Notes under the pieces: generated by a model
Told to the model about the DNA's origin: nothing
Databases searched by the model: none
The model's input: only the letters and a program-made list of their open reading frames with translations
NCBI GenBank assembly: GCA_001917135.1
Contig: MNTT01000015.1
Location: forward strand, 260,222-324,221
DNA from: Acetobacter sp. 46_36
GTDB lineage: Bacteria; Pseudomonadota; Alphaproteobacteria; RF32; CAG-239
Direction of reading: 5' to 3'
DNA: 64,000 nt
Position numbers and translations under genes: made by a program
In this document: positions 59,661 through 64,000 of the stretch, piece after piece
Position numbering within the stretch: the stretch's first letter is position 1
Layout: each line of letters starts with the position of its first letter

Positions 59661-60986
59661 TTGAAACCGCTGATAATAATACTAAAAACACTGATAGTCG
59701 GCTATTTATGGAGTATTGTCTTCATAGATGGCATCAGGGTGGTTTTGCTTATAAACTGGCATTTTGACATCTTTTTATCCGAACACTGGCGCCTTTTGAG
59801 TTATAAGTGGAACAGCGGAGCGCCTATGACAAATTCAGAACTGGGCTTTTTTATGATTATAGCCAGCTCGATTCCGCTGTGGCTTGCCGGCTGGGTAGGG
59901 TTATGCCTTGTAAAGTGGGAGCGCCTGCTGAAAAAAGTATTCTTAAGCCCTCTGTATCTTTTCCGCAAAATAACCTTAAAAACCAAACCTCCGGTAGTTG
60001 TTAAGAAAAAGTCCATTGCGGAAGAAACAAAAGTTGTTAAAAAGACGCCGATAATCAAAAAAGCCCCGGTCAAACGTCCGCCGCTGCCGTCTGCGACTTT
60101 AATGCAGTCAAATATAAACAGTAATTTGATGGCATCGCCTGCCGGACGTACTTCTTCCTATACACCGGGCAAAAAAGAGCCGGAAGCGCCGATTAACCAT
60201 GCTCTGTTTAATTTTGACGATGATGATTTTGACTTGGATTTTGATTTTGAAAAGAAAGATAAGAAGCCGGATATCGATGATTCCATTCCTTCGGCGCTTA
60301 TGGTTGACGAGCCGAAAACGATTGAAACCGTTCCTGCGGCGGTTGTTGAAGAAAAGCCTAAAAACACGCCGGCACCTTCAAAAAACCAGGAAAAATCATC
60401 ACCGCAGAATAATAAAAAAGACAATGCCCAGCCTAAAAACAAATCCGCAGATATGTCTGCCGCTCAGGCTATGCCGATTAAGGAATCCCATACTCCGGTT
60501 TTGGATGTTCTTAATCAAAAGGGATTTGACGTCATCCCTTCGGCGATTATCAAAAATACGACAATTGATTACATCGGCGTTTCCAAAAATCAACTCTTTT
60601 TATGCCTGATTGATAAAGAAGCCGGCGACTGGCTGGCGGATGAAGAAAAGTTCAATGATGAAGAGCCGTTATGGTTTTCGGAAAGCAGCCACCGCATTTC
60701 TCCGGTACGAAAGATTGATGTGGCCAGAGATATTTTAAAGACCAAACTGGCTGTCGGAGATATGAATTTTGAAATCATCGCGTATGTTATCATTCAGGCC
60801 GGCAATATTATTAACGCCGAGGATATGTTTGAAATCTGGAACAATATGAACGTAAATGTAACGCGTATAAACCGGGGCAGCCCGAAAGAAATCCGTCTGT
60901 TTTCAAAGTCGTTGGATAATTGTGAGGAAAAAACGGATAAAAATACGCTTGAAAAACTTAAGAAACTTATTCGCAGTCTGGCATAA
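59661..60986 (+). CDS. 2-TM membrane protein with long K/P-rich and acidic-aromatic linker and ~190-aa C-terminal globular domain; TTG start
   Basis: GGAGAAG RBS with TTG at 59661. N-terminus paralogous to the preceding gene (WHFDIF...EHWRLLSYKWNSG). FNFDDDDFDLDFDFE patch. Confidence 0.55.
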   Translation: MKPLIIILKTLIVGYLWSIVFIDGIRVVLLINWHFDIFLSEHWRLLSYKWNSGAPMTNSELGFFMIIASSIPLWLAGWVGLCLVKWERLLKKVFLSPLYLFRKITLKTKPPVVVKKKSIAEETKVVKKTPIIKKAPVKRPPLPSATLMQSNINSNLMASPAGRTSSYTPGKKEPEAPINHALFNFDDDDFDLDFDFEKKDKKPDIDDSIPSALMVDEPKTIETVPAAVVEEKPKNTPAPSKNQEKSSPQNNKKDNAQPKNKSADMSAAQAMPIKESHTPVLDVLNQKGFDVIPSAIIKNTTIDYIGVSKNQLFLCLIDKEAGDWLADEEKFNDEEPLWFSESSHRISPVRKIDVARDILKTKLAVGDMNFEIIAYVIIQAGNIINAEDMFEIWNNMNVNVTRINRGSPKEIRLFSKSLDNCEEKTDKNTLEKLKKLIRSLA

Positions 60987-61010
60987 TTGTTATTATTGAG
61001 GTAAGAAAAA

Positions 61011-63230
61011 ATGGCAAAAGAAAGAGGAAAAGAATGGGAAGAATATGACAACGCCGTCCGGTGGATGACAATAACGTTCGCCATCGCGGTCGTTGTTACG
61101 GTTGTTTTCATGTATATCGCCCCGATTCTGGCATTTTTTATGCAAAACGGTATTTCCAAAAAGAGTGTGGAAATAGCAGGTTTGTTTTTGAAAAAGTCTT
61201 TTGCAGACTTTGGCTTTTTGTGGGACTGGTATCTGAAATGGTTCAAAAAGGTTTATCGTTACAGCGGCGAGTTTAAAATAAGTTTATGGCCGCCGATTCT
61301 GCCGTTTATTTCTTTTCCGCTGATTTTGATTATCGGCGGCATAAAGTGCCCGTATAAATTCCAATCGAATATTCACGGGTCGGCGCACATTGCTACTTTG
61401 CGCGATATTGAAAAAATGCCGCTGCTCGGATTTGACGGTTTTTGTATGGTGGTCGGCAAGTTTCAGGGTAAAATGCTGAAACTGAAAGAAACGCTGTCAA
61501 CCCTGTGTTGTGCGCCTCCGGGAACCGGTAAAACTGCCGGTGTCGTTATTCCGACAATTTTTAATTCCGAGGGGCTTAGCATTATCGTAAACGACCCGAA
61601 ACCAGAGTTGTGCTACCAGACGACGGGTGCGAGAAACAAGGTCGGCCCTGTATTTGTCATCAACTGGGGTAAGGAAGACAATCCGGCAACTGGAGAATAC
61701 TATCCGAGTTGGAACCCGCTGTCTCCGGGAGCGCTCCCGGCACCGGGGCCGGAACGCGACCTGTATGTCGATTCTATGTGCAACACGCTGGTGGAAGACC
61801 CCAAGGGCGGCGCTGACCCGCACTGGTCAAAAACCGGTCGAAGCGCGCTCTGCGGCTTTATCCATTTTATCTCTTCCAAATGCGAACGGGCTTTAGCTAA
61901 TGAACGCTTTATACAGAAAATTTATGAAGGCTCAATGACAGCCGAAGACAAAGCCGAGTTGATAAAGCTTTACGACGAAATGAGCATCGGCGGTTTGCGG
62001 GCTAATGCCGCGCGCGCAATTCAGGACTTGCAGAACGGAAATCTGACGATTGAAAATTATCTGCCTGTCGGAACCTGGAACCTACTGCCGGAAAAATGGA
62101 TTAACCACGAGCCCTGTCTGGCGATGATTCTGGAATGGATTACTTCGTCCCAGATTGAACAGAGCAATGAAATTAAACGCCGCCTGGAAGAAGGCGACCA
62201 AATGGCCGCTATGGCAGACCCGATGCGCGATTTGCTGGACGCCGCGGTGGAAGAAGCAAATAACTATGGGTATTCCCGCCGCTGCGTAACCGAATTGAGC
62301 GCTTTGAGCGCCATGCCGGATAAAGAGCGGGGATCCGTCCTTTCTACCGGTCTTACCGGTATCGGTATTTTCAAAAACTCGGCAGTTGTGGCCCGTACCA
62401 GCTTTTCCGATATTCAGTTTAAAGATTTGCGTGGTATGAAGGATCCGGTAACCGGCGAATGGAAGCCGATTTCCGTTTACCTTTCGGTTAACCAGACGGA
62501 CGCTCAGGCGTTGAACCCGATTAGCGCGACATTTGTTGACCTGATGAGCGCTTATCTTATTTCAAATCCGCCGAATTCTGTTAACCGTACTGACGGTAAA
62601 ATGGGGCCTTTCCCGACTTTGTTTGTGCTTGACGAGTTCCCGCAGATGCCGAAGCTGAAAGCGGTTATTGACGGGCCGGCGGTCGGCCGCGGACAAAAAG
62701 TTTCGTATCTGCTGATTGGGCAAGACTTGGGTCAGATTTCCGGAAAATACGGTAAAGACGACTTGGAAACAGTTATATCTACAACTGCCTGCAAGGTTAT
62801 TCTGTCACAGAACAACGAACAGACGGCACAGCGTTTTTCCAAAATGATTGGCAATAAAACGGTGCAGACTACGTCCTACAGCCGAAACGAAGGCAGCCTT
62901 GCCAAAGAATATAATCCGTTTGCCAAAAACGTCAGCTATCAGTTGCAGGGCGTTTCAGCCATCAGTGCCAATGACTTGTTGAGTTTGCCGATGCTGAAAC
63001 AGGTCGTGCTGATGCAAGGCTCGATTGATACGCCGATTATGGCAGACGCGCCGCGTTTTTATCTGGACAAGAAAATGCTGGCAATGTCAAAGCTCCCGCA
63101 TTCTCCGTGGGTTCCGGACTGGATTGTTGCTCAGCGTACTGATGAAAATGAGGATATCCTGTCTAAATTAGGTATAGACTATGATCCGAATGCAGAAGAA
63201 GAGGAAGGTTTTGAAGAAGACGAAGCTTAA
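61011..63230 (+). CDS. Type IV secretion/conjugation coupling protein (VirD4/TraG/TraD family ATPase), 739 aa with acidic C-terminal tail
   Basis: Two N-terminal TMs, IHGSAHIATLRD (TraG/VirD4 HGSARWA-like motif), Walker A APPGTGKTAG, Walker B LFVLDEFPQM, C-terminus ...DPNAEEEEGFEEDEA. Confidence 0.85.
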   Translation: MAKERGKEWEEYDNAVRWMTITFAIAVVVTVVFMYIAPILAFFMQNGISKKSVEIAGLFLKKSFADFGFLWDWYLKWFKKVYRYSGEFKISLWPPILPFISFPLILIIGGIKCPYKFQSNIHGSAHIATLRDIEKMPLLGFDGFCMVVGKFQGKMLKLKETLSTLCCAPPGTGKTAGVVIPTIFNSEGLSIIVNDPKPELCYQTTGARNKVGPVFVINWGKEDNPATGEYYPSWNPLSPGALPAPGPERDLYVDSMCNTLVEDPKGGADPHWSKTGRSALCGFIHFISSKCERALANERFIQKIYEGSMTAEDKAELIKLYDEMSIGGLRANAARAIQDLQNGNLTIENYLPVGTWNLLPEKWINHEPCLAMILEWITSSQIEQSNEIKRRLEEGDQMAAMADPMRDLLDAAVEEANNYGYSRRCVTELSALSAMPDKERGSVLSTGLTGIGIFKNSAVVARTSFSDIQFKDLRGMKDPVTGEWKPISVYLSVNQTDAQALNPISATFVDLMSAYLISNPPNSVNRTDGKMGPFPTLFVLDEFPQMPKLKAVIDGPAVGRGQKVSYLLIGQDLGQISGKYGKDDLETVISTTACKVILSQNNEQTAQRFSKMIGNKTVQTTSYSRNEGSLAKEYNPFAKNVSYQLQGVSAISANDLLSLPMLKQVVLMQGSIDTPIMADAPRFYLDKKMLAMSKLPHSPWVPDWIVAQRTDENEDILSKLGIDYDPNAEEEEGFEEDEA

Positions 63231-63246
63231 ATCTGCCGCTGCGGAA

Positions 63247-63969
63247 ATGAGAAGTTTTTCTCTGTGGTGCGTTTTGAAGAGCAGTATAAAATTTATACTG
63301 CTCTTCAAGCGTACATTTTTATTGTGGTGTTTGGCAAATTTTGCTTTTCTGATTGTCTTTAGGCAGATTCCAAATGGCTGGACCAATTCGCTGAGCATCC
63401 TGTGGCTTGTTGCCTACTATGTGTTTTGGTGCGTGTTTGTCCGTCATATTCAGCAGCATCCGCCTTATTTTTCCCTAATTCGTATTTTTAACGGTTTGAT
63501 TCCCGCCAGCAAAATTATGTTTATTAACATTATAATCTATTTGGTTTTGGTAATTGCTCCATACATTCCATTATTTATGGGTTTTAGGGAGAAATATCTG
63601 GAATTTTTTGAGCAATATATGGCTGTTTTGCAAAGCCATAATTCCCTGCCGGGGAAAACGCTGTTTTATGTATTAATGCTGCTGTTGTCTCCGTATACGA
63701 TAAGCCGGCCGTATCTTGCCTGGTTATCATCGCTGATAGGAAAAAGCCGCTCAATCATAGATGCTTACAAAAAGACACAAGGCAACTATTGGAATTTTGT
63801 CTTTTGTGCAGTTGTTATGAGCGGGCTGTTTGCTCTGTCATATTTTATTGACGTTACTTATAAAACAAGCTCTCTGATTTTTGTAATGTCAGTCCTGCCG
63901 ATATTTTTCAATGTCGTCTTTATTGATATTTACAAAGTATTTTACAAGCGTAGAAAAAATATCAAATAA
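63247..63969 (+). CDS. Polytopic membrane protein of unknown function, last gene of the operon
   Basis: About 6 hydrophobic segments. Start ambiguous: the track ORF starts at 63181 and overlaps the T4CP gene by 50 nt; MRSFSLW at 63247 avoids the overlap. Confidence 0.5.
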   Translation: MRSFSLWCVLKSSIKFILLFKRTFLLWCLANFAFLIVFRQIPNGWTNSLSILWLVAYYVFWCVFVRHIQQHPPYFSLIRIFNGLIPASKIMFINIIIYLVLVIAPYIPLFMGFREKYLEFFEQYMAVLQSHNSLPGKTLFYVLMLLLSPYTISRPYLAWLSSLIGKSRSIIDAYKKTQGNYWNFVFCAVVMSGLFALSYFIDVTYKTSSLIFVMSVLPIFFNVVFIDIYKVFYKRRKNIK

Positions 63970-64000
63970 CTCTTCTTATCCGAAACTGCTCGCTTTTAGC

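Noticed and set aside
60158-60609. Overlapping ORFs (60199-60609 plus, 60158-60442 minus) within the 441-aa gene
   Set aside because: Alternative frames of the K/P-rich and acidic linker-coding region; no independent start signals.

Overview
This 64 kb window looks like AT-rich alphaproteobacterial chromosome. The RpoH box SWSLVKLGTTAAQKKLFFNLR is the alpha type, and the window also carries a short-form HprK, an Omp25-like barrel, IalB-like and Bat proteins. Most of the window is core housekeeping (gene symbols in order): a partial cca, rlmN, anmK, tyrS, cvpA, radA, mlaEF, tsaE, rppH, ctpA, gpmI, tolQRA, a family-4 uracil-DNA glycosylase, glmM, RNase P RNA (rnpB), lpxC, bamD, recN, tgt, an RND efflux operon, rpoH and rluD. 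The clearly accessory part is the 3' end, about 55985-63969. There, seven co-directional, tightly packed genes encode mostly unrecognisable proteins and end in a VirD4/TraG-family type IV coupling ATPase with an acidic C-terminal tail. The operon includes two paralogous 2-TM proteins, a disordered acidic protein with a 3x SLDxFL tandem motif, a 543-aa K/E-rich protein and a multi-TM membrane protein. No VirB/Tra structural genes, relaxase or pilin are visible anywhere in the window. I consider this operon the best candidate for an undescribed system (an orphan coupling-protein module). Other points of note are listed in the findings: the frameshift-split outer-membrane factor, the fused GldFG-like permease, the truncated Bat operon, the porin/orphan-regulator pair, the pyrimidine tract downstream of tolA, the degenerate ParA-like protein, and the rnpB-lpxC abutment. 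All calls are from reading the sequence and the supplied translations. No database search was run.
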